Positions 42,301 through 57,600 are shown, counted from the first letter of the stretch. The stretch: DNA of 64,000 nucleotides from Eledone cirrhosa (GCA_964016885.1 OZ024744.1:10788001-10852000); one strand, 5' to 3'. Numbers and translations: made by a program. Notes: generated by a model from the sequence alone, not told the origin.

Positions 42301-45300
42301 GTTGTTTATACTCCAATATGTTTTGCTGTTGTACTCCAATATGTTGTGTTGCTGTACTCCTATATGTTGCGTTGTTATTCTCCAATATGTTGTGCTGTTG
42401 TACTCCAATGTGTTGTGTTGTTATACTCCAATATGTTGTGTTGATTTACTCCAATATGTTGTGTTGTTGTACTCCAATCTGTTGTGTTGTTATACTCCAA
42501 TGTGTTGTGTTGTTATACTCCAATATGTTGTGTTGTTGTAGCCCAATATGTTGTGTTGTTGTACTCCAATATGTTGTGTTGTCGTACTCCAATATGTCCT
42601 GTTGTTGTACTCCAATATGTTGTGTTGTTATACTCCAATATGTTGTCTTGCTGTACTCCAATCTGTTGTATTGTTGTACTCCAATATGTTCTGTTGTTGT
42701 ACTCCAATATATTGTATTGTTGTACTCCAATATGTTGTGTTGTTGTACTCCAATATGCTGTGTTGTTGTACTCCAATATGTTGTGTTGTTGTACTCCAAT
42801 ATGTTGTGTTGTTGTACTCCAATATCTTGTGTTGTTGTACTCCAATATGTTGTGTTGTTGTACTCCAATATGTTGTGTTGTGGTACTCCAATATGGTGTG
42901 TTGTTGAACTCCAATATGTTGTATTGTTTTTCTCCAATATGTCATGTTATACTCCAATATGTTGTGTTCGTGTACTCCAATATGTCATGTTGTTGTACTC
43001 CAGTATGTCTTGTTATACTCCAATATGTCGTGTTGCTGTACTCCAATATGTCATGCTGTTGTACTCCAATATTTCGTGTCGTTGTACTCCAATATGTCGT
43101 GCTTTTGTACTCCAATATGTTTTGCTGTTGTACTCCACTGTGTTGTGTTGTTGAACTGCAATATGTTGTGTTGTTGTTCTCCAATATTTTGTGATGTTGT
43201 ACTCCAATGTGTTGTGTTGTTATACTCCAATATGTTGTGTTGTGATACTCCAATGTGTTGTGTTGTTGTACTCCAATATGTTGTGTTGTTGTACTCCAAT
43301 ATGTTGTGTTGTTATACTCCAATGTGGTGTGCTGTTGTAATCCAATAGGTTGTGTTGTACTCCAATATGTTGTGTTGTTATACTCCAATATGTAGTGTTG
43401 TTATACTCCAATATGTTATGATGTTGTACTGCAATATATTGTGTTGTTGTACTCCAATATGTCTTGTTATAGTCCAATATGCCGTGTTGTTGTACTCCAA
43501 TATGTCATGCTGTTGTACTCCAATATTTCGTGTTGTTGTATACCAATATGTCGTGTTGATTATACTACAATTTTTGTTGCTGTTGTACTCCAATATGTTG
43601 TGTTGTTGTACTCTAATATGTTGTGTTGTTATTCTCCAATATGTTGTGCTGTTGTACTCCAATGTGTTATGTTGTTATACTCCAATATGTTGTGCTGTGA
43701 TACTCCAATATGTTGTGTTGTTGTACTCCAATCTGTTGTGTTGTTATACTCCAATATGTTGTGTTGTTATACTCCAATATGTTGTGTTGTTTTACTCCAA
43801 TATGTTGTGTTGTTGTACTCCAATATGTTGTGTTGTAGTACTCCAATATGTTGTGTTGTTGTAATCCAATATCTTGTGTTGTTATACTCCAATATGTTGT
43901 GTTGTTGTACTCCAATATGTTGTGTTGTTGTTCTCCAATATGTTGTGTTGTTATACTCCAATATGTTGTGTTATGATACTCCAATATGTTGTGCTGTTGT
44001 ACTCCAATATGTTGTGTTGTCGTACTCCAATATGTGATGTTGTACTCCAATATGTCCTGTTGTTATACTCCAATATGTTGTGTTGTTATACTCCAATATG
44101 TCATGGTGTTGTACTTCAATATGTCGTGTTGTTGTACTCCAATATGTTGTGTTGTTGTACTCCAATACGCGATGTTGTTGTACTCCAATATGTTGTGTTG
44201 TTATACTCCAATATATTGTGTTGTTATACTCCAAAATGTTGTGTTGTTATACTCCAATATGTTGTGTTTTTGTACTCCAACATGTTGTGCTATTGTACTC
44301 CAATATGATGTGTTGTTGTACTCCAATATGATGTGCTGTTGTACTCCAATGTGTTGTGTTGTTGTACTCCAATATGTTGTGCCATTGTACTCCAATATTT
44401 TTTGTTTTTGTACTCCAATATGTTGTGTTTTTATACTCCAATATGTTGTGTTGGTGTACTCCAATATGGTGTGCTGTTGTACTCCAAATCTCGTGTTGTT
44501 ATACTCCAATGTGTTGTGTTGTTATACTCCAATATGGTGTGTTGTTGTACTCCAATATGTTGTATTGTTTTTCTCCAATATGTCATGTTATACTCCAATA
44601 TGTTGTGTTCGTGTACTCCAATATGTTGTGTTATTGTACTCCAATATGTTGCGTTGTTGTACTCCAATATGTTGTGTTGTTATACTCCAATATGTTGTGT
44701 TGTTGTACTCCAATATGTTGTTTTGTTGTACTCCAATATGTCATGTTGTTGTACTCCAGTATGTCTTGTTATACTCCAATATGTCGTGTTGCTGTACTCC
44801 AATATGTCATGCTGTTGTACTCCAATATGTTTTGCTGTTGTACTCCACTGTGTTGTGTTGTTGAACTCCAATATGTTGTGTTGTTGTTCTCCAATATTTT
44901 GTGATGTTGTACTCCAATGTGTTTTGTTGTTATACTCCAATATGTTGTGTTGTTATACTCCAATATGTTGTGTTGTTATACTCCAATATGTTGTGTTGTT
45001 GTACTCCAATATGTTGTGTTGTGATACTCCAATATGTTGTGCTGTTGTACTCCAATATGTTGAGTTGTTATACTCCAATATGTAGTGTTGTTATACTTCA
45101 ATATGTTGTGTTGCTGTACTCCAATATGTTGTGTTATTGTACTCCAATATGTTGCGTTGTTGTACTCCAATATGTTGTGTTGTTATACTCCAATATGTCG
45201 TGTGGCTGTACTCCAATATTTCGTGTTGTTGTACCCCAATATGTAGTGTTGTTTATACTCCAATATGTTTTGCTGTTGTACTCCAATATGTTGTGTTGCT

Positions 45301-48300
45301 GTACTCCTATATGTTGCGTTGTTATTCTCCAATATGTTGTGCTGTTGTACTCCAATGTGTTGTGTTGTTATACTCCAATATGTTGTGTTGATTTACTCCA
45401 ATATGTTGTGTTGTTGTACTCCAATCTGTTGTGTTGTTATACTCCAATGTGTTGTGTTGTTATACTCCAATATGTTGTGTTGTTGTAGTCCAATATGTTG
45501 TGTTGTTGTACTCCAATATGTTGTGTTGTCGTACTCCAATATGTCCTGTTGTTGTACTCCAATATGTTGTGTTGTTATACTCCAATATTTCGTGTGGTTG
45601 TACTCCAATATGTCATGGTGTTGTACTTCAATATGTCGTGTTGTTGTACTCCAATATGTTGTCTTGCTATACTCCAATCTTTTGTATTGTTGTACTCCAA
45701 TATGTTCTGTTGTTGTACTCCAATATATTGTATTGTTTTACTCCAATATGTTGTGTTGTTGTACTCCAATATGCTGTGTTGTTGTACTCCAATATGTTGT
45801 GTTGTTGTACTCCAATATGTTGTGTTGTTATACTCCAATATCTTGTGTTGTTGTACTCCAATATGTTGTGTTGTTGTACTCCAATATGTTGTGTTGTGGT
45901 ACTCCAATATGGTGTGCTGTTGTACTCCAATATGAAGTGCTGTTGTACTCCAATATGTTGTGTTGTTGTACTCCAATGTGTTGTGTTGTTGTACTCCAAT
46001 ATGTTGTGCCGCTGTACTCCAATATTTTTTTGTTTTTGTACTCCAATGTGTTGTGTTGTTATACTCCAATATGGTGTGTTGTTGAACTCCAATATGTTGT
46101 ATTGTTTTTCTCCAATATGTCATGTTATACTCCAATATGTTGTGTTCGTGTACTCCAATATGTTGTGTTATTGTACTCCAATATGTTGCGTTGTTGTACT
46201 CCAGTATGTTGTGTTGTTATACTCCAATACGTTGTGTTGTTGTACTCCAATATGTCATGTTGTTGTACTCCAGTATGTCTTGTTATACTCCAATATGTCG
46301 TGTTGCTGTACTCCAATATGTCATGCTGTTGTACTCCAATATTTCGTGTCGTTGTACTCCAATATGTCGTGCTTTTTTACTCCAATATGTTTTGCTGTTG
46401 TACTCCACTGTGTTGTGTTGTTGAACTCCAATATGTTGTGTTGTTGTTCTCCAATATTTTGTGATGTTGTACTCCAATGTGTTGTGTTGTTATACTCCAA
46501 TATGTTGTGTTGTGATACTCCAATGTGTTGTGCTGTTGTACTCCAATATGTTGAGTTGTTATACTCCAATATGTAGTGTTGTTATACTTCAATATGTTGT
46601 GTTGTTGTACTCCAATATGTTGTGTTGTTGTACTCCAATATGTGATGTTGTTGTACTCCAATATGTCGCGTCGTTGTACTCCAATATGTTGTGTTGTTAT
46701 ACTCCAATATTTCGTGTTTTTTACTCCAATATGTCATGTTGTTGTACTCCAGTATGTCTTGTTATACTCCAATATGTCGTGTTGCTGTACTCCAATATGT
46801 CATGCTGTTGTACTCCAATATGTTTTGCTGTTGTACTCCACTGTGTTGTGTTGTTGAACTCCAATATGATGTGTTGTTGTTCTCCAATATTTTGTGCTGT
46901 TGTACTCCAATTTGTGTTGTTGTACTCCAAGATGTTGTGTTGTTGTACTTCAATATGTTGTGTTGTTGTACTCCAATATGTTGCGTTGTTATACTCCAAT
47001 ATGTTGTGCTGTTGTACTCCAATATTTCGTGTTGTTGTACTCCAATACGGCGTGTTGTTGTACTCCAATATGTTTTGATGTTGTACTCCAATATGTTGTG
47101 TTGTTGTACTTCAATATGTTTTGATGTTGTACTCCAATATGTTGTGTTTTTTGTACTCCAATATGTTGTGTAGTCGTACTCCAATATGTTGTGTTGTTGC
47201 ACTCCAATATGATGTGATGTTGTACTCCAATATGATGTGATGTTGCACTCCAATGCGTTGTGTTGTTGTACTCCAATGTGATGTGTTGTTGTACTCCAAT
47301 ATGTTGTGCCGTTGTACTCCAATATTTTTTTATTTTTGTACTCCAATATGTTGTGTTGTTATACTCCAATATGTTGTGTTGTTATACTCCAATATGTTGT
47401 GCTGTTGTACTCCAAATCTCGTGTTGTTTTACTCCAATGTGTTGTGTTGTTATAATCCAATAAGGTGTGTTGTTGTACTCCAATATGTTGTATTGTTTTT
47501 TTCCAATATGTCATGTTATACTCCAATATGTTGTGTTCGTGTACTCCAATATGTTGTGTTATTGTACTCCAATATGTCTTGTTATACTCCAATATGTCGT
47601 GTGGCTGTACTCCAATATGTCATGTTGTTGTACTCCAATATGTCTTGTTATAGTCCAATATGTCGTGTTGTTGTACTCCAATATGTCATGTAGTTGTATT
47701 CCAATATTTCGTGTTGTTGTACCCCAATATGTCGTGTTGTTTATACTCCAATATGTTTTGCTGTTGTACTCCAATATGTTGTGTTGCTGTACTCCAATAT
47801 GTTGTGTTGTTATTCTCCAATATGTTGTGCTGTTGTACTCCAATGTGTTATGTTGTTATACTCCAATATGTTGTGCTGTGCTACTCCAATATATTGTGTT
47901 GTTGTACTCCAATGTGTTGTGTTGTTATACTCCAATATGTTGTGTTGATTTACTCCAATATGTTGTGTTGTTGTACTCCAATCTGTTGTGTTGTTATACT
48001 CCAATATGTTGTGTTGTTATACTCCAATATGTTGTGTTGTTTTACTCCAATATGTTGTGTTGTTGTACTCCAATATGTTGTGTTGTTGTACTCCAATATG
48101 TTGTGTTGTTGTACTCCAATATGTTGTGTTGTTGTAATCCAATATCTTGTGTTGTTATACTCCAATATGTTGTGTTGTTGTACTCCAATATGTTGTGTTG
48201 TTATACTCCAATATGTTGTGTTGTGATACTCCAATATGTTGTGCTGTTGTACTCCAATATGTTGTGTTGTTATACTCCAATATGTTGTGTTGTTTTACTC

Positions 48301-49270
48301 CAATATGTTGTGTTGTTGTACTCCAATATGTTGTATTGTTGTTCTCCAATATGTCATGTTATACTCCAATAAGTTGTGTTCTTGTACTCCAATATGTTGT
48401 GTTGTACTCCAATATATCATGTTGTCGTACTCCAATATGTCATGTTATACTCCAATATGTCGTTGTTATACTCAAATATGTCATGTTGTTGTACTTCAAT
48501 ATGTCGTATTGTTGTACTCCAATATGTTTTGATGTTGTACTCCAATATGTTGTGTTGTTGTATTCCAATATGTTGTGTAGTCGTACTCCAATATGTTGTA
48601 TTGTTATACTCCAATATGTTGTGCTGTTGTACTCCAATATGTTCTGTTGTTGAACTCCAATATATTGTGTTGTTCTACTCCAATATGTTGTGTTGTTGTA
48701 CTCCAATATGTCGTGTTGTTGTACTCCAATATGTCGTGTTGTTGTACTCCAATATGTCGTGTTGTTGTACTCCAATATGTTGTGTTGTTGTACTCCAATA
48801 TGTTGTGTTGTTATACTCCAATATGTTATGTTGTTGTACTCCAATATGTCATGTTGTACTCCAATATGTTGTGTTGTTGTACTCCAATATGTTTTGATGT
48901 TGTACTCCAATATGTTGTGTTGTTGTACTCCAATATGTTGTGTAGTCGTACTCCAATATGTTGTGTTGTTGTTCTCCAATATGTTGTGTTGTTATACTCC
49001 AATATGTTATGTTGTTGTACTCCAATATGTCATGTTGTACTCCAATATGTTTTGATGTTGTACTCCAATATGTTGTGCTGTTGTACTCCAATATTTTTTT
49101 GTTTTTGTACTCCAATATGTTGTGTTGTTATACTCCAATATGTTGTGCTGTTGTACTCCAAATCTCGTGTTGTTATACTCCAATATGGTGTGTTCGTGTA
49201 CTCCAATAGGTTATGTTATTGTACTCCAATATGTTGCGTTGTTGTACTCCAATATGTTGTGTTGTTATAC
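25500..49270 (+). repeat. Large tandem duplication with a period of ~12.6-12.9 kb (~25500-38090 and ~38090-49270); the second copy is ~1.7 kb shorter internally
   Basis: ORF offsets are 12597 (26454 vs 39051), 12574 (28215 vs 40789), 12874 (31000 vs 43874) and 12850 (32543 vs 45393), then 11293 (35696 vs 46989) and 11178 (36482 vs 47660; 37780 vs 48958). Confidence 0.85.
29440..35500 (+). repeat. Older tandem duplication with a period of ~3.0-3.25 kb nested inside the 12.6-kb unit
   Basis: ORF offsets are 2994 (29587 vs 32581), 3251 (30793 vs 34044; 31000 vs 34251) and 3228 (31807 vs 35035). The marker ATACGCGATG is at 31291 and 34542. Confidence 0.78.
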
Positions 49271-51610
49271 TCCAATATGTCGTGTGGCTGTACTCCAATA
49301 TTTCGTGTTGTTGTACCCCAATATGTAGTGTTGTTTATACTCCAATATGTTTTGCTGTTGTACTCCAATATGTTGTGTTGCTGTACTCCTATATGTTGCG
49401 TTGTTATTCTCCAATATGTTGTGCTGTTGTACTCCAATGTGTTGTGTTGTTATACTCCAATATGTTGTGTTGATTTACTCCAATATGTTGTGTTGTTGTA
49501 CTCCAATATGTTGTCTTGCTGTACTCCAATCTGTTGTATTGTTGTACTCCAATATGTTGTGTTCGTGTACTCCAATATGTTGTGTTATTGTACTCCAATA
49601 TGTTGCGTTGTTGTACTCCAATATGTTGTGTTGTTATACTCCAATATGTTGTGTTGTTGTACTCCAATATGTTGTTTTGTTGTACTCCAATATGTCATGT
49701 TGTTGTACTCCAGTATGCCTTGTTATACTCCAATATGTCGTGTTGCTGTACTCCAATATGTCATGCTGTTGTACTCCAATATGTTTTGCTGTTGTACTCC
49801 ACTGTGTTGTGTTGTTGAACTCCAATATGTTGTGTTGTTGTTCTCCAATATTTTGTGATGTTGTATTCCAATGTGTTGTGTTGTTATACTCCAATATGTT
49901 GTGTTGTTATACTCCAATATGTTGTGTTGTTATACTCCAATATGTTGTGTTGTTGTACTCCAATATGTTGTGTTGTGATACTCCAATATGTTGTGTTGTG
50001 ATACTCCAATATGTTGTGCTGTTGTACTCCAATATATTGAGTTGTTATACTCCAATATGTAGTGTTGTTATACTTCAATATGTTGTGTTGTTGTACTCCA
50101 ATATGTTGTGTTGTTGTACTCCAATATGTTGTGTTGTTGTACTCCAATATGTTGTGTTGTTGTACTCCAATATGTTGTGTTGTTGTACTCCAATATGTTG
50201 TGTTGTTGTACTCCAATATGTGATGTTGTTGTACTCCAATATGTCGCGTTGTTGTACTCCAATATGTTGTGTTGTTATACTCCAATATTTCGTGTTGTTT
50301 TACTCCAATATGTCATGTTGTTGTACTCCAGTATGTCTTGTTATACTCCAATATGTCGTGTTGCTGTACTCCAATATGTCATGCTGTTGTACTCCAATAT
50401 GTTTTGCTGTTGTACTCCACTGTGTTGTGTTGTTGAACTCCAATATGTTGTGTTGTTGTTCTCCAATATTTTGTGCTGTTGTACTCCAATTTGTGTTGTT
50501 GTACTCCAATATGTTGTGTTGTTGTACTCCAATATGTTGTGCTGTTGTATTCCAATATTTCGTGTTGTTGTACTCCAATACGTCGTGTTGTTGTACTCCA
50601 ATATGTTTTGATGTTGTACTCCAATATGCTGTGTTGTTGTACTCCAATATGTTTTGATGTTGTACTCCAATATGTTGTGTTGTTGTACTCCAATATGTTG
50701 TGTAGTCGTACTCCAATATGTTATGTTGTTGTACTCCAATATGCTGTGATGTTGTACTCCAATATGATGTGATGCTGTACTCCAATGCGTTGTGTTGTTG
50801 TACTCCAATGTGATGTGTTGTTGTACTCCAATATGTTGTGCCGTTGTACTCCAATATTTTTTTATTTTTGTACTCCAATATGTTGTGTTGTTATACTCCA
50901 ATATGTTGTGTTGTTATACTCCAATGTGTTGTGTTGTTATACTCCAATATGGTGTGTTGTTGTACTCCAATATGTTGTATTGTTTTTTTTTCCAATATGT
51001 CATGTTATACTCCAATATGTTGTGTTCGTGTACTCCAATATGTTGTGTTATTGTACTCCAATACGTTGCGTTGTTGTACTCCAATATGTTGTGTTGTTAT
51101 ACTCCAATATGTTGTGTTGTTGTACTCCAATATGTTGTCTTGTTGTACTCCAAAAGGCCATGTTATCGTACTCCAATATGTCTTGTTATACTCCAATATG
51201 ACGTGTGGCTGTACTCCAATATGTCATGTTGTTGTATTCCAATATGTCTTGTTATAGTCCAATATGTCGTGTTGTTGTACTCCAATATGTCATGTAGTTG
51301 TATTCCAATATTTCGTGTTGTTGTACCCCAATATGTCGTGTTGTTTATACTCCAATATGTTTTGCTGTTGTACTCCAATATGTTGTGTTGCTGTACTCCA
51401 ATATGTTGTGTTGTTATTCTCCAATATGTTGTGCTGTTGTACTCCAATGTGTTATGTTGTTATACTCCAATATGTTGTGCTGTGCTACTCCAATATATTG
51501 TGTTGTTGTACTCAAATGTGTTGTGTTGTTATGCTCCAATATGTTGTGTTGATTTACTCCAATATGTTGTGTTGTTGTACTCCAATCTGTTGTGTTGTTA
51601 TACTCCAATA

Positions 51611-54600
51611 TGTTGTGTTGTTATACTCCAATATGTTGTGTTGTTTTCCTCCAATATGTTGTGTTGTTGTACTCCAATATGTTGTGTTGTTGTACTCCAA
51701 TATGTTGTGTTGTTGTAATCCAATATCTTGTGTTGTTATACTCCAATATGTTGTGTTGTTGTACTCCAATATGTTGTGTTGTTATACTCCAATATGTTGT
51801 GTTGTGATACTCCAATATGTTGTGCTGTTGTACTCCCATATGTTGTGTTGTTATACTCCAATATGTTGTGTTGTTTTACTCCAATATGTTGTGTTGTTGT
51901 ACTCCAATATGTTGTATTGTTGTTCTCCAATATGTCATGTTATACTCCAATAAGTTGTGTTCTTTTACTCCAATATGTTGTGTTGTTGTACTCTAATATA
52001 TCATGTTGTCGTACTCCAATATGTCATGTTATACTCCAATATGTCGTTGTTATACTCCAATATGTCATGTTGTTGTACTCCAATATGTCGTATTGTTGTA
52101 CTCCAATATGTTTTGATGTTGTACTCCAATATGTTGTGTTGTTGTACTCCAATATGTTGTGTAGTCGTACTCCAATATGTTGTATTGTTATACTCCAATA
52201 TGTTGTGCTGTTGTACTCCAATATGTTCTGTTGTTGTACTCCAATATGTCGTATTGTTGTACTCCAATATGTTTTGATGTTGTACTCCAATATGTTGTGT
52301 TGTTGTACTCCAATATGTTGTGTAGTCGTACTCCAAAATGTTGTATTGTTATACTCCAATATGTTGTGCTGTTGTACTCCAATATGTTCTGTTGTTGTAC
52401 TCCAATATATTGTGTTGTTGTACTCCAATATGTCATGGTGTTGTACTTCAATATGTCGTATTGTTGTACTCCAATATGTTGTGTTGTTCTCCAATATGTC
52501 GTGTTGTTATACTCCAATATGTTATGATGTTGTACTCCAATATATTGTGTTGTTGTACTCCAATATGTTATGTTGCTCTACTCCAATATGTTGTGTCGTT
52601 GTACTCCAATATGTTGTGTTGTTATACTCCAATATGTTGTGCTGTTGTACTCCAATATGTCATGTTGTTGTACTTCGATATTTCGTGTTGTTGTACTCCA
52701 ACATGTCGTGTTTTTGTACTCCAATATGTTTTGATGTTGTACTCCAATATGTTGTGTTGCTGTACTCCAATATGTTGTATTGTTGTACTCCAATATGCTG
52801 TGTTGTTATACTCCTATATGTTGTGCTGTTGTACTCCAATATGTTGTGTTGTACTCCAATATGATGTGTTGTTATACTCCACTATTTCGTGTTGTTATAC
52901 TCCAATATGTTGTGTTGTTGTACTCCAATATGTTGTTTTGTTGTACTCCAATATGTCATGTTGTTGTACTCCAGTATGTCTTGTTATACTCCAATATGTC
53001 GTGTTGCTGTACTCCAATATGTCATGCTGTTGTACTCCAATATGTTTTGCTGTTGTACTCCACTGTGTTGTGTTGTTGAACTCCAATATGTTGTGTTGTT
53101 GTTCTCCAATATTTTGTGATCTTGTACTCCAATGTGTTGTGTTGTTATACTCCAATATGTTGTGTTGTTATACTCCAATATGTTGTGTTGTTATACTCCA
53201 ATATGTTGTGTTGTTGTACTCCAATATGTTGTGTTGTGATACTCCAATATGTTGTGCTGCTGTACTCCAATATGTTGAGTTGTTATACTCCAATATGTAG
53301 TGTTGTTATACTTCAATGTGTTTTGTTGTTGTACTCCAATATGTTGTGTTGCTGTACTCCAATATGTTGTATTGTTGTACTCCAATATGTTGTGTTGTTG
53401 TACTCCAATATGTGATGTTGTTGTACTCCAATATGTCGCGTTGTTGTACTCCAATATGTTGTGTTGTTATACTCCAATATTTCGTGTTGTTTTACTCCAA
53501 TATGTCATGCTGTTGTACTCCAATATGTTTTGCTGTTGTACTCCACTGTGTTGTGTTGTTGAACTCCAATATGTTGTGTTGTTGTTCTCCAATATTTTGT
53601 GCTGTTGTACTCCAATTTGTGTTGTTGTACTCCAATATGTTGTGTTGTTGTACTCCAATATGTTGTGTTGTTGTACTCCAATATGTTGTGTTGTTATACT
53701 CCAATATGTTGTGCTGTTGTACTCCAATATTTCGTGTTGTTGTACTCCAATACGTCGTGTTGTTGTACTCCAATATGTTTTGATGTTGTACTCCAATATG
53801 TTGTGTTGTTGTACTCCAATATGTTTTGATGTTGTACTCCAATATGTTGTGTTGTTGTACTCCAATATGTTGTGTAGGCGTACTCCAATATGTTGTGTTG
53901 TTGTACTCCAATATGATATGATGTTGTACTCCAATATGATGTGATGTTGTACTCCAATGCGTTGTGTTGTTGTACTCCAATGTGATGTGTTGTTGTACTC
54001 CAATATGTTGTGTCGTTGTACTCTAATATTTTTTTATTTTTGTACTCCAATATGTTGTGTTGTTATACTCCAATATGTTGTGCTGTTGTACTCCAAATCT
54101 CGTGTTGTTATACTCCAATGTGTTGTGTTGTTATACTCCAATATGGTGTGTTGTTGTACTCCAATATGTTGTATTGTTTTTTCCAATATGTCATGTTATA
54201 CTCCAATATGTTGTGTTCGTGTATTCCAATATGTTGTGTTATTGTACTCCAATATGTTGCGTTGTTGTACTCCAATATGTTGTGTTGTTATACTCCAATA
54301 TGTTGTGTTGTTGTACTCCAATATGTTGTCTTGTTGTACTCCAAAAGGCCATGTTATCGTACTCCAATATGTCTTGTTATACTCCAATATGTCGTGTGGC
54401 TGTACTCCAATATGTCATGTTGTTGTACTCCAATATGTCTTGTTATAGTCCAATATGTCGTGTTGTTGTACTCCAATATGTCATGTAGTTGTATTCCAAT
54501 ATTTCGTGTTGTTGTACCCCAATATGTCGTGTTGTTTATACTCCAATATGTTTTGCTGTTGTACTCCAATATGTTGTGTTGCTGTACTCCAATATGTTGT

Positions 54601-57600
54601 GTTGTTATTCTCCAATATGTTGTGCTGTTGTACTCCAATGTGTTATGTTGTTATACTCCAATATGTTGTGCTGTGCTACTCCAATATATTGTGTTGTTGT
54701 ACTCCAATGTGTTGTGTTGTTATACTCCAATATGTTGTGTTGATTTACTCCAATATGTTGTGTTGTTGTACTCCAATCTGTTGTGTTGTTATACTCCAAT
54801 ATGTTGTGTTGTTATACTCCAATATGTTGTGTTGTTTTACTCCAATATGTTGTGTTGTTGTACTCCAATATGTTTTGTTGTTGTACTCCAATATGTTGTG
54901 TTGTTGTAATCCAATAACTTGTGTTGTTATACTCCAATATGTTGTGTTGTTGTACTCCAATATGTTGTGTTGTTGTACTCCAATATGTTGTATTGTTGTT
55001 CTCCAATATGTCATGTTATACTCCAATAAGTTGTGTTCTTGTACTCCAATATGTTGTGTTGTTGTACTCCAATATATCATGTTGTCGTACTCCAATATGT
55101 CATGTTATACTCCAATATGTCGTTGTTATACTCCAATATGTCATGTTGTTGTACTCCAATATGTCGTATTGTTGTACTCCAGTATGTTTTGATGTTGTAC
55201 TCCAATATGTTGTGTTGTTGTACTCCAATATGTTGTGTAGTCGTACTCCAATATGTTGTGTTGTTATACTCCAATATGTTATGTTGCTGTACTCCAATAT
55301 GTCATGTTGTTGTACTCCAATATGTTTTGATGTTGCACTCCAATATGTTGTGTTGTTGTACTCCAATATGTTGTGTAGTCGTACTCCAATATGTTGTGTT
55401 GTTGTACTCCAATATGCTGTGATGTTGTACTCCAATATGATGTGCTGTTGTACTCCAATGCGTTGTGTTGTTGTACTCCAATATGCTGTGTTGTTATACT
55501 CCAATATGTTGTGTTGTTGTACTCCAATATGTTGTGTTGTTGTACTCCAATATGTTGTGTTGTTGTAATCCAATATCTTGTGTTGTTATACTCCAATATG
55601 TTGTGCTGTTGTACTCCAATATGTTGAGTTGTTATACTCCAATATGTTGTGTTGTTGTACTCCAATATGTTGTGTTGTTGTACTCCAATATGTTGTGTTG
55701 TTGTACTCCAATATGTGATGTTGTTGTACTCCAATATGTCGTGATGTTGTACTCCAATATGTTGTGTTGTTATACTCCACTATTTCATGTTGTTGTACTC
55801 CAATATGTCTTGTTGTTGTACTCCAATATGTTTTGATGTTGTACTCCAATATGTTGTGTTGTTGTACTCCAATATATCATGTTGTCGTACTCCAATATGT
55901 CATGTTATACTCCAATATGTCGTTGTTATACTCCAATATGTCATGTTGTTGTACTCCAATATGTTGTGTTGTTGTACTCCGATATGTTGTGTTGGAATAT
56001 ACTCCAATATGTAGTGTTGTTGTAATCCAATATGTTGTGTTGTTGTACTCCAATATATAGTGATGTTGTACTCCAATATGTTGTGTTGTTATACTCCACT
56101 ATTTCGTGTTGTTTTACTCCAATATGTCATGTTGTTGTTCTCCAATATTTCGTGTTGTTGTACTCCAATATGTCATGGTGTTGTACTTCAATATGTCCTA
56201 TTGTTGTACTCCAATATGTTGTGTTGTTGTTCTCCAATATGTCGTGTTGTTATACTCCAATATGTTATGATGTTGTATTGCAATATATTGTGTTGTTGTA
56301 CTCCAATATGTCTTGTTATAGTCCAATATGTCGTGTTGTTGTACTCCAATATGTCATGTTGTTGTACTCCAATATTTCGTGTTGTTGTACACCAATATGT
56401 CGTGTTGATTATACTACAATTTTTGTTGCTGTTGTACTCCAATATGTTGTGTTGTTGTACTCTAATATGTTGTGTTGTTATTCTCCAATATGTTGTGCTG
56501 TTGTACTCCAATATGTTGTATTGTTGTTCTCCAATATGTCATGTTATACTCCAATAAGTTGTGTTCTTGTACTCCAATATGTTGTGTTGTTGTACTCCAA
56601 TATGCTGTGTTGTTGTACTCCAATATGTTGTGTTGTTGTACTCCAATATATCATGTTGTCGTACTCCAATATGTCATGTTATACTCCAATATGTCGTTGT
56701 TATACTCCAATATGTCATGATGTTGTACTCCAATATGTCGTGTTCTTGTACTCCAATATGTCGTGTTGTCGTACTCCAATATGTTGTGTTGTTGTGCTCC
56801 AATATGTTGTGCTGTTGTACTCCAATATGTTGTGTTGTTGTACTTCAATATGTTGTGTTGTTATACTCCAATATGTTGTGTTGTTGTACTCCAATATTTC
56901 GTGTTGTTGTACTCCAATACGTCGTGTTGTACTCCAATATGTTGTGTTGTTATACTCCAATATGTTATGTTGTTGTACTCCAATATGTCTTGTTGTTGTA
57001 CTCCAATATGTTTTGATGTTGTACTCTAATATGTTGTGTTGTTGTACTCCAATATGATGTGATGTTGTACTCAAATGCGTTGTGTTGTTGTACTCCAATG
57101 TGATGTGTTGTTGTACTCCAATATGTTGTGTTGTTATACTCCAATGTGTTGTGTTGTTATACTCCAATATGTTGTGTTGTTGTACTCCAATGTGATATGT
57201 TGTTGTACTCCAATATGTTGTGCTGTTGTACTCCAATATTTTTTTGTTTTTTGTACTCCAATATGTTGTGTTGTTATACTCCAATATGTTGTGTTGTTAT
57301 ACTCCAATATGTTGTGCTGTTGTACTCCAAATCCCGTGTTGTTATACTCCAATATGGTGTGTTCGTGTACTCCAATATGTTGTGTTATTGTACTCCAATA
57401 TGTTGCGTTGTTGTACTCCAATATGTTGTGTTGTTATACTCCAATATGTCGTGTGGCTGTACTCCAATATTTCGTGTTGTTGTACCCCAATATGTAGTGT
57501 TGTTTATACTCCAATATGTTTTGCTGTTGTACTCCAATATGTTGTGTTGCTGTACTCCTATATGTTGCGTTGTTATTCTCCAATATGTTGTGCTGTTGTA

